From positions 2,048,001 through 2,112,000 of the forward strand of contig NC_087245.1 of the NCBI RefSeq assembly GCF_037042905.1: 64,000 nt of DNA, read 5' to 3'. Positions 39,846 to 52,726 of the stretch are shown here, piece by piece; position 1 is the first letter of the stretch; each line of letters begins with the position of its first letter. The notes below the pieces were generated by a model. The model saw only the letters and a program-made list of their open reading frames with translations. It did not search any database and had not been told where the DNA came from. The position numbers and the translations under genes were made by a program. This DNA is from Lytechinus pictus. Its lineage: Eukaryota.

Positions 39846-40806
39846 ATATTATATATGCCCCGAGGGTGGTTCGTAAAACTTTCAACGTCTACATGTGAGC
39901 AGGCAAGTAATATTTCACATTATACCCATGCACTTTTTTTATTCTGGACAAAATAGCTATAGCTGTCATTTTCATATGATTAGAAAATGTATGTTCTTAG
40001 GCCTGTATTTGACTAACATTTCAACGACGAATAACATAGAAAATATATATGTATATTTCCAAATGTGGCTGCCCGCCTTGGGGCAGATGTGACAGCATCT
40101 GCCCCTGTCTCTGTATAAACTGTTAAAACTAAATCTCAGAAAATAGAATTGTATAACATGGAACGTATCTGTCAATCACTAATTTTGTTTACAAGGAAAA
40201 GAAAGCCTTGATTATAAATTTAGAAATAAGATCTACATGACTTTGAACATATCTGTCATATTTGTTTTGTTATAATGCAAAATATGAATTTTGTCCAATT
40301 CAGTTTGCATTTGTTTCATTGTAATCAGAACCTTCAGTTTTGTGGGGGGGGGTTGGGGGTCTGTTTTTTATAACTTACTATCACTTTACAAGAAAAGAAT
40401 AAATTGAATAGCCTCTTCTAATTTCAACAGAGTAAATCTTAGTAGACTTGGAAATAAAAGAAAAGCACATGCAGATCTCGTAGATAAGATCAAACTGTGA
40501 TCTTCATAAATTTGAACGTATCTTAATGCTTTGTTTCAAGGAAAATGTAACCTTGTCAATCAGCTCAGACATCAGAAATAGATTGAAGTTTGAACATATT
40601 TTTGCAAACTTACAGATATTCAAAAATTATTTTTGTTATAATGAATTGAAATTCGCAGCCAAGGACTGAATCACTGACATGAACCTGTAAAAAGTACAAT
40701 TCAGTATAATTTAAATAATTTAATAAAATGCCTAATACCCCTATACATTAGGCATTGATATATGTTCTTATATCCCAGTGGGATATACAGAGAGGCCAAT
40801 AATTTA

Positions 40807-41495
40807 TAGGTCAAGTCCCGGGTCAAGTCCACCCCAGAAAAATGTTAATATGAATAAATAGAGCAAAATCAAACAAGCATATAACGCGCTGTAAATTTCA
40901 TCGAAATCGGATATAAAATAAGAAAGTTCTGACATTAATTAAAGGTCAAGTCCCGGGTCAAGTCCACCCCAGAAAAATGTTAATATGAATAAATAGAGCA
41001 AAATCAAACAAGCATATAACGCGCTGCAAATTTCATCGAAATCGGATATAAAATAAGAAAGTTATGACATTTTAAAGTTTCGCTTATTTTTCACAATACA
41101 GTATTATGCATACTGAACTCATTTAATGAGAGAGTCGATGATGTCCCTCACTCATTATTTCATTTGTTTTTATTGTTTGAATTATACAATACTTCATTAT
41201 TTAAAAATTTGACATAATGACCAACTTGACTGAACAAAAAAAAAGTTAAAACAATGGTAGTTCCACATGTTCAGAGAGGAATAAAACTTTATTTCACATG
41301 ACATAGAGCTAGGAGGAAATTATTATTTCATATACAGTAATATAATACAAAAGAAAGAGGTGAGTGAGTGATTTTTTACCAGTCCCCTCAGTTACATAGC
41401 GACCAGAATGTGCATATTTACTGTTTTGTGAAGAAATTTTCAGCATTATCCGATTTTTCTCTTTTTATCAAATTTTACTTTTTGTTTGGTGGACT
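40807..41495. mobile_element. Kolobok-like MITE with its first ~134 bp tandemly duplicated
   Basis: aggtcaagtcccgggtcaagtccaccccagaaaaatg at ~40808 and ~40942. Confidence 0.7.
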
Positions 41496-42254
41496 GAAAG
41501 AAGGAACATGTCTTTCGTACAAATGATCTCTGAATAAAACAGTAATGAGGGATTGGATACGTTTTATTAGGTAAATAAATATTAATTTTTTCCCCCGAAA
41601 ACACGGCATATATGTTTTAAATTGATATCAGACAAAGGTTTCATTTCCCCCCGCTTAAATAACTTTATTTGGAAAACTAAAAATGCATTAAAGTTAAAAA
41701 TCATAATAAGGTATATAGTGATTTACCACAATCGCCATTTAAAGAGATGCTGGGCATGTTTCATGGTCAAAGTAGATACAGAACCCAAACAGAAATATTG
41801 TTGCATAGTTCTACAGTTAAAAGGGTATATAATAATAAAGCGACAACAAAAAAAAAGTCAAAACGTCCCCCATATACATGATATAGCCGTGGAAAATATA
41901 GGGTGAGTCAAGCGTGATTATGTTTTATGTTATATGGGGCTAATGTTGTTTGAAATTTGTTAAAATCTTGGATCTGTGCATAACCTTTGATAAAGAGAAA
42001 AAGTTTAAATTTCATGTGTTACAATTGCCCCATAAAGGTGTGTTACAATTAGCAATTTTTAGGTCTACCCTTTGTTTTGACACTCGAACTTTTGTTTTGA
42101 AATGATAATGGCTTCTAAATTATTTTTGTTAACAAATCTATTCACATATCAAGCCAAGGTGTGCATATTTTGTTTGGGTTTAAGCAAGTATTTAGCTTTT
42201 ATTAGTCAAATTTTGTAAAAATGTGTTACAATAATTGTTTCCGGTCTCTCCTAA

Positions 42255-43267
42255 AACAAGTGGAACGCCTTTTGGCAGTCTGGCCTGCATTACGCGATTC
42301 GATATAACAGCAGTGCTGACTTTGAAAACAGCTCTTGAATAATTATTATTCATTATAAAATATACTATGTCCATTGACCCAAAATGACCTTTGACCATGA
42401 TCGTGTGACCTAAGACGTGTGCAAAATTAACAATTATTCATACTTGATTGCCCTTGTGTCTATGTTTCATGAACTATAGATCCATAAACTTTCTAAGATA
42501 TGATGCCAATTCAACAATACCCCAACACTGCCAAAGTTCATCGACCATAAATGGCCTTTGATCATGGTCATGTGACCTGAAATGCGCACAGGATATTAAG
42601 GGATATGGTTGCTCTTTAATATGTTATATGAACTAGATCAATAAACTTTTTAAGTTATGATGAAAATTCCACAAATATCCTCGATCAACAGTACCAAAGT
42701 TTGTTGACCCTAAATGACCTTTAACCTTGGTTACGTGACCTGAACTTCGCACAGGATGTTCAGGAATACTTGATTGCTAGTATCCGTTTCATGAACTAAT
42801 ATAGATCAATCAGAAACTTTTTAAGTTATGACGGTAAGTCAACACTAATACCCCCAACTTGGCCAAAGTCCATTGACCCTAAATGACCTTTGACCTTGGT
42901 CATGTGACCTGAAACTCAATGTCTAAGTTTCTCATGAACTAGGTTAATACTTATAAGTTATGATGACCAATGTTGCTTAAGATTTTGATTCCCCATGTGT
43001 TTACTAGTTGATTGACCCTAAATGACCTTTGACCTTGGTCATGTGATGACCTGGAACTCAGGCAGGATGTTCAGTAATACTTGATTAACCTTATGTCCAA
43101 GTTTCATAAACTAGGTCCATGCATATATACTTTTCTGAGTTATGTCATTTCAAAAACTTAACCTTCTGTTATTTGATGTTGGGGATGTTGACGCCGCTGC
43201 GCCGCCCCGCCGTCGGAATAGCCGCGCCTATAGTCTCGCTCTGCTATATATGCAGGCGAGACAAAAA
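42255..43267 (+). mobile_element. Helentron/HINE-like element, diverged copy of 26037-26997
   Basis: Same start, internal units, hairpin and gcaggcgagacaaaaa end. Confidence 0.75.
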
Positions 43268-43293
43268 CTGCTCAGGATGTTTTAGGTGTAACT

Positions 43294-43438
43294 CACTGGC
43301 AGATCCGTGGGAGCTCAATTTTTTTTCGTGGACGAAATGTCCTAGTTATTGGTTGAAGACCCCCTTTTTTTTTGCTTGTCAGATTTTTCCTCGGGAAAAT
43401 GTGCCCCCCCCCCTTGGAAAATCCTGGATCCGCCCCTG
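43294..43438. mobile_element. hAT MITE
   Basis: 8-bp TSD gtgtaact; cactggcagatcc / ggatccgcccctg ends. Confidence 0.85.
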
Positions 43439-43652
43439 GTGTAACTACTTGAAATGTAAAAAAAAAAAGGGAAAAAAGAGCTCTCAATTCACTAGCCCGC
43501 AATTCTTTTGACAAGTTGACATCGGAGTTTGATGCCATTTTTCCTAATAATATGTTTCCCGGGATTGTTTTACCCGACGATAATTATGATTGCGATGAGT
43601 ACCAGGTTCGTCGCATGAGGGAGGCAAACAAAATAATGAACTATGACCCAAA

Positions 43653-43675
43653 CCGGAAATTCGGTCTCTTTTCTC
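43653..43675 (+). promoter_or_regulatory. RPS26 core promoter: ETS-like CCGGAAAT and TCT/5'TOP tract (tctcttttctc)
   Basis: Polypyrimidine initiator about 20 nt before the ATG, typical of ribosomal protein genes. Confidence 0.8.
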
Positions 43676-43685
43676 GGCATCCAAC

Positions 43686-43688
43686 ATG
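43686..43688 (+). CDS. RPS26: 40S ribosomal protein S26 (eS26), exon 1 (ATG only)
   Basis: caacATG|GTAATA after the TOP tract; an ATG-only first coding exon is the conserved RPS26 layout. Confidence 0.85.
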
Positions 43689-44130
43689 GTAATATTTTAT
43701 TTCACAATCTGCCATAAAAATGGCATACATGATATATAATTAAATACCTTTTTAAAGTTTTGATGAAATGAAATTTGCCCCTGGTATTAGTTTAATCGTT
43801 TGGAATCTGTAGATTATGATAAAACGTAATAGAAATAGGGAAATTATAGATATAAATCCCGATCAATTATCGCGTGTTCTGCGACTGCGCCCATTGCATC
43901 GTTCCCATTCGGGCCACGCATTGGTTACCGATACTGTATCTGAAAACGTGTGCTGGAATCCATGGTCATGGAACGCTGCGTGTGTCATGTGCAGATGTGT
44001 GTTGTGTTCAGCTGGTTGTGTTGGTGAGAAGGGTCGTTGGCTAGCCTACGGCTAGGCTAGTAAAAATCATTTACTAACCTATGCTTACTCTCCACAGAGC
44101 CAGGGATTCTATTGCATTCATCTAACTTTA

Positions 44131-44741
44131 CATGTATACCCAGTTGTTGTGTGTCCGGACAGGTTGTGTGTCCGGACGATCAGTTTTAGAAAGTCATTTG
44201 GAAAACTTTACAAGCAAAGACAGTTTCATAAAATGTTTAGTACGAAATGTTAGGTAATATTATAGAGAACAAAACAGAAGATGATTACAATTATTGAATT
44301 CGTATTTTTAGTGTAATCCAAAGACAAAAAAGAAGGCTTCAAAAATATTAAGTGTCCGGACACCCCACCCCCCATCCTACCTGGTATTGCCAAAAAACCT
44401 CAAAGTCAAACTTTCGCCCCCGAGATTTCTACTTACTGTACCGTACCTTCTAAGTTCTATTTTTTCTATCTATTTCTAAAAAGGATCTAGGCCCAGCCCT
44501 AATTAAATCATGTATACCCAGTTGTTGTGTGTCCGGACGATCAATTTTAGAAAGTCATTTGGAAAAATTTACAAGCGAAGTTTCATCAATTTTTAGTACA
44601 AAATGTAAGGAAATATTATAAAGAACAAAATGGAAGATGATTAGGCCTACAACTATTGAATTCATATTTTTAGTGTAATCCAACGACAAAAAAGAAGGCT
44701 TCAAAAATATAAAGTGTCCGGACACCCGACCCCCCATCCTA
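44131..44741. repeat. Two direct copies of a ~230-250 bp sequence (44131-44380, 44509-44741)
   Basis: catgtatacccagttgttgtgtgtccggac ... cccccatcctac occurs twice. Confidence 0.85.
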
Positions 44742-45233
44742 CATGGGATACAACGTCATATCTACGAAATTGATGTCATTTTTAAACAAGAATTCATTCA
44801 AAAATGAGAAAAACTATTTGAAAAGACGGGGATAACTTGCCACCGTGATGACGTCGCCATCTTGATTTGATTTTCTTTCGCTTGGTGACAGCACGCAAAC
44901 TGAGCGATTTGCTCCATCTAGATGTATTTTGTTTCAAATTTGTTATTCTATCAACAAGTGAGTAATGTCTCTGCTTGCTCTCTCACTGGATCTGGTCAAG
45001 CCTCTTGAACATAAAGACAATTTCTGCATTGACACAACATCGCACAATACCTCTTGCATCATCACGATAATGCTTTGATCCTTAATAAATAATAAAATAA
45101 AATAAAAAAATAAATAATAAAACCACATCAAAATGCAGCCTTTCTCATAAAAAAATCCTAGAATTGTGTGTGTGAATGGGTGCAGATATTTGGCAAAATG
45201 TTTAATTTGAAAATGGCTGGATGAGGATTTTTC

Positions 45234-46964
45234 TAGTGCTGTAGCCGAATTGCCGAACGGAAGTTCGCCGAACGTGGCACAACCGAACCGAACGCAAAGG
45301 CCTGGTTCGGTGGTTCGGTAAAAAAAAATAGGCACATTAATTTTGCAAAGTAATATGCATAACAGCAGGGACTACATAGATTTGAGTATAAAATAAACAT
45401 TTTTATTGGTTAGTGATTGTGCACAATAAGAATTCCACACAAAATATTTTTAAAATCCACTATGAAAGCTCCCATCTCGTCTTTGATTAAATTGTCATCA
45501 ACTTCAGAATTTTTTTATTAACATGAATGTATTATTTCTTCATAAAATGAGGGGACATTTGAAGCTAAACTCGGTATAAAATTGTGGTTGAATTACATAT
45601 TGCCGTAATCGATCGTAATCGGACCTAATTATGTTGTATTTAATAAAGAAAAAGGACCAGACATAAATTCATTCCTCGTAAATGACTAAGTATGACAGCT
45701 TCGGTCTCGTCTTAGATTGAATTTTTATCAGTTTCAATTTTTTTTTATAAACATTAATTTATTTTTTTCTTCATAAAATGTGGGGACATTTTTTAAGCTA
45801 AACTCAGTTAAAAAGTGTAGTTGAATTACATATTGCTGTAATCGGACATACATGTAATTGTTTTGTATTAAAAAAAAAGACAAGACATAAATTAATTCCT
45901 TGTGACTGACAAAGTAATGGTAAAGTATGTATATTTCACCTTCTGAAATGTCCATATTATTATAAAAGATAAATAAATAAGAGATGAAGGAATGAGGGTA
46001 GAAAAAACAGAAAAGATAAAAATTTAAAGCAAATCAACGCATGTTCCCTGATCGCGATCTGGAAATGGTTGGTAAGGAAGGTTGGAACAGGAAGTCCAAA
46101 CAACCTGCTCTCAGTTGCTATTATACAGGTAAAATTCATATTCCGAATTTGAAACGTTTTTCCGTTGTCATTATTTTCTAAAAAGTGGTTTAATCTGGTC
46201 AATTACTGAAAACGAAATGATATAAATTATCAGTTCCGTCTTGGTTCTGAAGATCAACGCCGAGTGATTTCACAACACTAAAATACACAGTACTGTCCCA
46301 TGTACTCATTTTCGTGTTGGAAATATGTTTGAAGTCACGTAGCGTCGATCTTTCTTGACCAAGAATGGACTGATATTTTATCTGTTTAAAGTAATTGATT
46401 GACCAGATTTAACCACTTTTCACAAAATGGGGACTTTCTAGAACATTTCATATTCTTTGGAATGTGAATTTTACCAGTATAATAACAGTTGAGTGGAGGT
46501 TGTTCACTGTTTCGACGTTCTTGATCAACACTTTCCAATCGGAGAAGCTGCGTTTGCAATGACATTGTAATCGATCATGAGTGACCATAGCTACATGAAA
46601 TAATCATGAAAAAAAATATTTGATCTTTGTAATTCTGTTTGTCCTGATTCTCTCGTTATCAATATTTTTTTCTTTGTTCTTTTTTTATTTCATTTTAAAA
46701 ATCAAAGTAGAAATGACTCTTATTTTTGTTTAAAGATTAAAATAAATAAAAGAAAGTTATGCAACAATTTTTTAAACTATTTTTAGAAACAAAATTTATT
46801 ATAAATATATGACAGATCTTTGTTGGGATTATCTGTCCGAGGGTCGAAAATCCTTTATTTTATTTGTTAATAATTCAATTTGGCATTTATTGCCGAACCC
46901 CGAACCGAACCAAAGATCAGAAAAAAATTGCCGAACCGAACATGCCGCCTGACTTGCAGCACTA
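45234..46964. mobile_element. Non-autonomous hAT element in RPS26 intron 1
   Basis: 8-bp TSD gatttttc; tagtgctg / cagcacta ends; subterminal CCGAA repeats. Confidence 0.85.
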
Positions 46965-47330
46965 GATTTTTCGAAAGTATTTTTCTCAATTTCTTATGAG
47001 ATTTTTGGCACTATTATATAAGAACATCAACTGAAAATTTTGCTGGAATTTTAAAAGATATTCATGTTTTAGTCTTAGATCTGGGTTAAATTTTAGTTGC
47101 GCGTGAGGCTACCCTTTATACAGTTTGATAGGCTATGACTGGTCAAAAAAAATTGGCCAAGTTAAGGAGTATAAGAAACGACGGTTATAGACAAATTTCC
47201 TGTTTTTGGTCCTCACCAAACTGCCGATTTACGAAATTAAATTTGCTACTTTTTTATTTTTTGCCTGTTGAATTCTCAAAAAAGTATTGATGCAAAGGTT
47301 TTTAAAGACTTAAATAAGTCTCCACAACTC

Positions 47331-47672
47331 TTAAAGGGACCTACCATTGACAAATCATGGGGAAATGGAATCAATACGAAATTTGCAAAAGACCAATTGA
47401 ATTGCATATATAATCTGTCCGTCATGAGAGCCTGTTGGACTAATGCAATAAAAGTTCAAACAGCACAAATTTGACCAAATTGACCCCCAGGCAGTCTGCT
47501 CTTCCATATCATAAGCCGTTTTCTCATAGAGCGAAATATGAAACGGGGCAATAAATTGTGGCACTTGGAACAGACTATCTTAGAAAGTCAGCCAAGTGAA
47601 AGACTTGAATCCCTTATCTGTTCTGAGATGTCCTTGATTCCCCCATGATTTGTCAATGGTAGGGTGCTTTAA
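47331..47672. mobile_element. Kolobok-like MITE
   Basis: ttaaagggacctaccattgacaaatcatgggg ... ccccatgatttgtcaatggtagggtgctttaa. Confidence 0.8.
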
Positions 47673-49146
47673 AAATAACTTTTTACCCTGCTATTTTTTA
47701 TACAGATTTGGGTGCTTCGTGAATTGGTTTCTTCTAATCGTGTTTTATTTAGTATATTTTTTTCTTCTACCCATCAGTGACATTAATATAGATTTCTCTC
47801 TTCATAATGCCTTTGGGTATATGAAATGCAGCAGATTGCACAATTTGACTCTGAAAAAAAAAATACTTCACACCATTGGGGAGGGGAAGACCCTCTCTCC
47901 TACCCTCAATCTGCTCATTCTGGGTTGGGTGCTTCACGCCCTCGCATCATTTGTAGATTTTATATACCAGGATTTTTTTGGGGAAAGGGGGTCTGACTAC
48001 ATCCCTGAAAAATCTTAACAAAATTTGAGCATAATATAATTTACAAACATAAACTTCTTAGTTTGTCTTGAAGATGAATTTCTTATGAAAAAAAATGGCC
48101 TGCCATTTTCATGATTTTGCCCCCATGTCCTCACCCACCCATTCATTGTATGCATGATCTTGCCATCAATTTGGCAGATTTTAATAAACTTTGTGTATAA
48201 GAGAAATCTTTTATTTTTCTATAAATGTGCATAAAAATATGGTCATCCCATAGACCCAAGACTTCTTATTATGAAAACAAAATATTAACTGTCATTTGAC
48301 AGGTGACTTAAATTCTGTATTTTTTGTCCAGAGAAACCCAAATGAACTAAGAAGACAATATACGATCCTAGTAAAGGAAGATCCACATTTTTAAAGTGGC
48401 ACCTCTCCTGATAATTGTGCCGCATGTCTGCATACTCATTGATTATATGATGGGAGTGGGACCAAAAGCTATGTACAGTCAAAATTATGAAAATTTGGTG
48501 GTAAATAAGGCCTTTTGAAAAGATCAATACCGGTACCCTAGAAGAAAACATTTGGCCCAAGTCATCTTTTTTTTTAAACCGGTGACTGCGTTTTTTTTTT
48601 TTTCCGGCAAAGACCGGTGGGCAGCTTAAATAAAGAATTTATACAAGAGCAATTTTTTATCCCAAAGACATTATTGACAAAGTTTATCTAGATGTATGTA
48701 TCAATCTTATTCAGATGATCCTATAGGGTCTATTTTAAAACCTTGATCAACTATAAAGGAGAATTATGAAAATAGTGTGAAGCAGGATTTCTCAATTGTC
48801 TTGCTTGAATTTATTGACCTGAAACTTTATCTGTTTGCTACCAACAAACGTAGAGGGTGTTGACTATATTACAGCGTAATTGTTACCAAACCAACAGAAA
48901 AATCAAAATATCAAATTAACTTCCCTAGTTCCTTACACTAGTACGTAGTTATTAAAAGGGGATCATTCAAAACATTATGTTTGTGATTAAAATTTGGCTA
49001 TAAGTCGTCTGCTAAATCCCATTGCTGCAAGGGACCAGTAATTATTTTTTTTGTAGTAATGATTTTGATTATAAAATGGAAGTTTTTTCAACACCCTTAA
49101 AAATATTTTTAAACAACTTTTGTTATGTCTTTTTCCCTTTTTTTAG

Positions 49147-49324
49147 ACTCAGAAGCGTCGAAACAACGGACGCAGCAAGAAGGGGCGAGGCCATGTTAGG
49201 CCCGTCCGCTGCACCAACTGTGCCCGCTGTGTGCCTAAGGACAAGGCCATCAAGAAGTTTGTTATCAGGAACATCGTTGAGGCTGCAGCTATCCGTGACA
49301 TCCAGGATGCTAGCGTCTATGAAG
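49147..49324 (+). CDS. RPS26: RPS26 exon 2
   Basis: [63 protein letters not shown] boundaries; 178 nt. Confidence 0.98.
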
Positions 49325-49353
49325 GTAAAAAAGCAGACCTTCCCTGTATCTAA

Positions 49354-49801
49354 GACCCCGTTCTCATAACTTTCCTAAAACTAGTTTTGTGGAAACAAGT
49401 TAAGTGGAAACTAGTTAAACGTGTTATGGGAATGCTGGAAGCGGTCTTGGAAGCGATCTTCCAATCTGATTTGGAAAACTATCTCACGATGTAGTTTTGA
49501 AGACCGCTTTGCCATGATAAACCAGTCTCAATTTAGGTAAAGACACAATTGTTCTTTGGGAAGCCATTTTCGCACTCCACTAATGAGTGTAGAATGCATT
49601 CACTGTGGTTTTAAATTTTTGTTTGAAACATGTGATGCCACTGAGAGTGTTCCCATAGCAACAAGACCGTTTTACGTGAAGTGATTCTGAAAACCAATTG
49701 AGGAGATGGTGATGAGAATGCTTGTAAAGCATTTTTGTAAACTGGTTTCCTAAATTGGTTTAAGGGAAACCAGGTTAAATAAATAAACTTAGAGCAGGGT
49801 C
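49354..49801. mobile_element. Harbinger-like MITE, TAA TSD
   Basis: taa|gaccccgttct ... agagcagggtc|taa. Confidence 0.65.
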
Positions 49802-50429
49802 TAAGATTATAACAATAAAAAAAATCATCTAGTTGGGCAGTGTTCATCTTGTCTAAGATCTTTAGCTCAGAGGGGGACAGGGTTCAAGTTGAATGTAAAT
49901 TAGAACTGAAGACTTAGAGGGAAGCTCCTGGCTGAAAATATTATTTTAACAGATAAAGAAAAGTCAGACAAACAAAACATTGAAAATTTGATCAAAATTG
50001 GACTAGAAATAACAGTTATGGTATTTTAAAGATTTGCATTATTCCAGTGAAACAGTTCTAGACATGTCTTCTTGAATATTCAATGAACAAACTGATGTCA
50101 TATCCCCACTTGTTCTTTTGTATTTTATTATATCAAGTAAGGTTTATTCAATATTTTTTCCTCCAAGAATTAAAAATATTTTATTGACAACTGATTCAGT
50201 GCATAAGATACACTCGGCAAAAAAAGTTCTTGGACACTTAGAAAACTTAAAATATTTCATATAGATATTTGATTAAAGGCAAATTATTGTATGTCAACAT
50301 GACCACACAATATTCCTCTTCCAGTATCACATGACATTTTCATGTGAACAGTCATGCATGGGTGGTTAAATGCTTTTAACAATAGCAATGTCAGTAAAAG
50401 AAAATTGCAAGAAATGGACCATTCAATAG

Positions 50430-50787
50430 CTAATGATCATGGCCATCCTGTAGGCATACATTCAACAATTTCAACAGGGGGTTGTCCCCATCGAGCGAAC
50501 ATTGTCCAAAGATTTCTGGATGACCACAATGTACAGCGCTTGGATCCATGGCCCGCTTGTTTACCAGACATGAACCCGATTGAACACTTGTGGGATCAGC
50601 TAGGAAAATCGGTCAATCAAAGAATTCAACCAGGAGACACTCTTCAAGATGTCCGGCGTTATCTCCTGTAACGTGTGTGTAAGAATGGGACAAAATCACC
50701 CAAGGGCAAATTCGCCGACTTGTGACAAGCATGCGACGTCGATGTGCTGCACTCATTAAGAGCCAGGGTGTACAAACGAGATATTGA
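50430..50787 (+). pseudogene. Remnant of the Tc1 DDE transposase C-terminus (frameshifted)
   Basis: PHRANIVQRFL...WPACLPDMNPIEHLWDQL... then, in another frame, EWDKITQGQIRRLVTSMRRRCAALIKSQGVQTRY*; matches the Tc1 WP..SPDLNPIE.LW and SM.RR..A.I...GG.T.Y motifs. Confidence 0.9.
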
Positions 50788-50874
50788 ATTTTTTTTTGCT
50801 TATGCCAAGATACTGAAATTTGACATTTTTTCATCGACTAACTTTGACTTAAAATTCCAGTGGAATAGTGATGC

Positions 50875-51720
50875 TAGGCCCGTTTTGAAAGTCCATTTTT
50901 GATGCACGTGTACACGGCGTGTTTTTCGGTCGTGTACACGTTGTAAACACTCTGAGAGCGAGTTGTTTTCATGTCGACACGGACCTGCATCAACATGTCA
51001 TTAAAAAGGGGGTCTATATAGCCTAAGTCACGGTTTTAAAGCTTACCAGAGAAGTTTGAAGTATCAATCCACAAAAATTGGTGCAAATTAAAAGTTTACT
51101 CAGCTTAGCAGCGCATTAAATTAATAAAGAATGCAAAAGAAAATCAGTGCAGGGCCCTGCTAGCGCCGACGCTCGTTGGATGCGCATTTTGTATACTGTA
51201 CCGTACGTGCATGCACAGATCGCTGCAGAATTAAGTGTAACTGAAGTTATCGATTGATTTTCATTATTTTGTTGCCAATTTGAGGAGCGTTTGTTTGTAG
51301 GCTTGTAGCACATGTGTACGAGCGTATAACACGTAAGTTGTAGCAATGATCGCTGTTGCAATTGGTGATTCTCAAATTGGCTATGAGTGTGATTGAGCAA
51401 CACTTTCGAGACCGGAGGCGGAGCAGACCCATTTCGTGGTACAAAAACTTGAGTCTCCAGAATGTATGTGGATTAAATCGGCGATTTTGGAAGTGAACTC
51501 ACTCTAGATTAATTGAAATATATTGACATATTAGTAATTAGAATATGTGCAGTGTCTGAGAACTATGATTTAATGTGAGGCTGTGAGCTTGTTCACTGAT
51601 TTTGTAGTCCCATGCAAGCTTTATGCAGATGCTACCGTGTACACGGTGATGGAATTTAGTACACGTGCACTGACTTGACCGTGCGTGTACACGTGTACAC
51701 GTGTACCCGAAACGGGCCTA
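50875..51720. mobile_element. Non-autonomous hAT element nested in the Tc1
   Basis: 8-bp TSD agtgatgc; taggcccgttt / aaacgggccta ends; subterminal cgtgtacacg repeats. Confidence 0.9.
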
Positions 51721-52592
51721 AGTGATGCATCCAAGGTGGATAACTTTCTCTTCTCTTTTAGAGTGGTATTTGACTTTAAGTTTGCTTTTATCATTTAATG
51801 GATATTTATGCCACATAAACTTTCACAACTGAAAGAATGACTGATCGTTTTATTGCAATTTTCTTTTACTGACATTGCTACTGTTTAATGCCTGTAACCA
51901 TCCATGCACTGACTGATCCATTTCTTGCAATTTCTTTTACTGACATTGCTATTGTTTAAAGCATTTAACCGCCCATGCATGACTGTTAACATGAAAATGT
52001 CATGTCATACTGGAAGAGGAATATTGTGTGGTCATGTTGACATACAATAATTTGCCTTTAATCAAATATCTATATGAAATATTTTAAGTTTTCTAAGTGT
52101 CCAAGAACTTTTTTTGCCGAGTGTATTTATTGTGCTGCAACTTACTTCACATGAGGGGAGACATAACATTCACACATGTATGAAAAAAATAAAAAATTGT
52201 GATTTGAAGTAATAACATAAAAAGGAAAGTAGGGATGTGACATCATCAGCCCACCTAATGAATATTCATGACGACTTGCATATAACTGTTTTTACAATAT
52301 ATTGCTAAACCTTAAAATTCAATAACTTTGCTATTTGATAACAGATTTTGATGGAATTTTCTGCATTTTGCTCTGTGAATTTTGCTCTATTTATTTACAT
52401 ATGAATATTTTCAGCCAGGAGTATCCCTTTAACATGAGATCTTTGAAATTTGTGATCATACTGGTACATAAAAAATTCAAGGTTAAGGTGCATGTATCAT
52501 TTAACTTCTGCCTAATTGATTAAATGAAATACAGTACTGTGGCTAGCATGGTCAAGATTAAATATACTATTATGTTTCATCCTTTGCTTCAG

Positions 52593-52726
52593 TGTATGCT
52601 CTGCCCAAGCTGTATGCTAAGCTTCACTACTGCGTGAGCTGTGCCATCCATTCCAAAGTTGTCCGTAATCGTTCCAGGGAAGCACGTCGTGACAGGACAC
52701 CACCCCCAAGATTCCGACCAGTAATG
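52593..52726 (+). CDS. RPS26: RPS26 exon 3
   Basis: (V)[47 protein letters not shown] acceptor, GTAAGT donor. Confidence 0.97.

Larger units (their letters stand above)
50211..52123 (+). mobile_element. Internally deleted Tc1-like transposon with ~208-bp TIRs
   Basis: TA|cactcggcaaaaaaagttcttggacac ... gtgtccaagaactttttttgccgagtg|TA; TIRs 50211-50418 and 51917-52123 are nearly identical. Confidence 0.95.
49914..52432. mobile_element. Kolobok-like MITE split by the Tc1 insertion
   Basis: ttagaggg..ctcctggctgaaaatatt ... aatattttcagccaggagtatccctttaa. Confidence 0.75.

Noticed and set aside
49022..49369. 115-aa ORF
   Set aside because: Off-frame reading across RPS26 exon 2.
50354..50834. Active transposase
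   Set aside because: Only the C-terminal part remains, frameshifted, with no DNA-binding domain.
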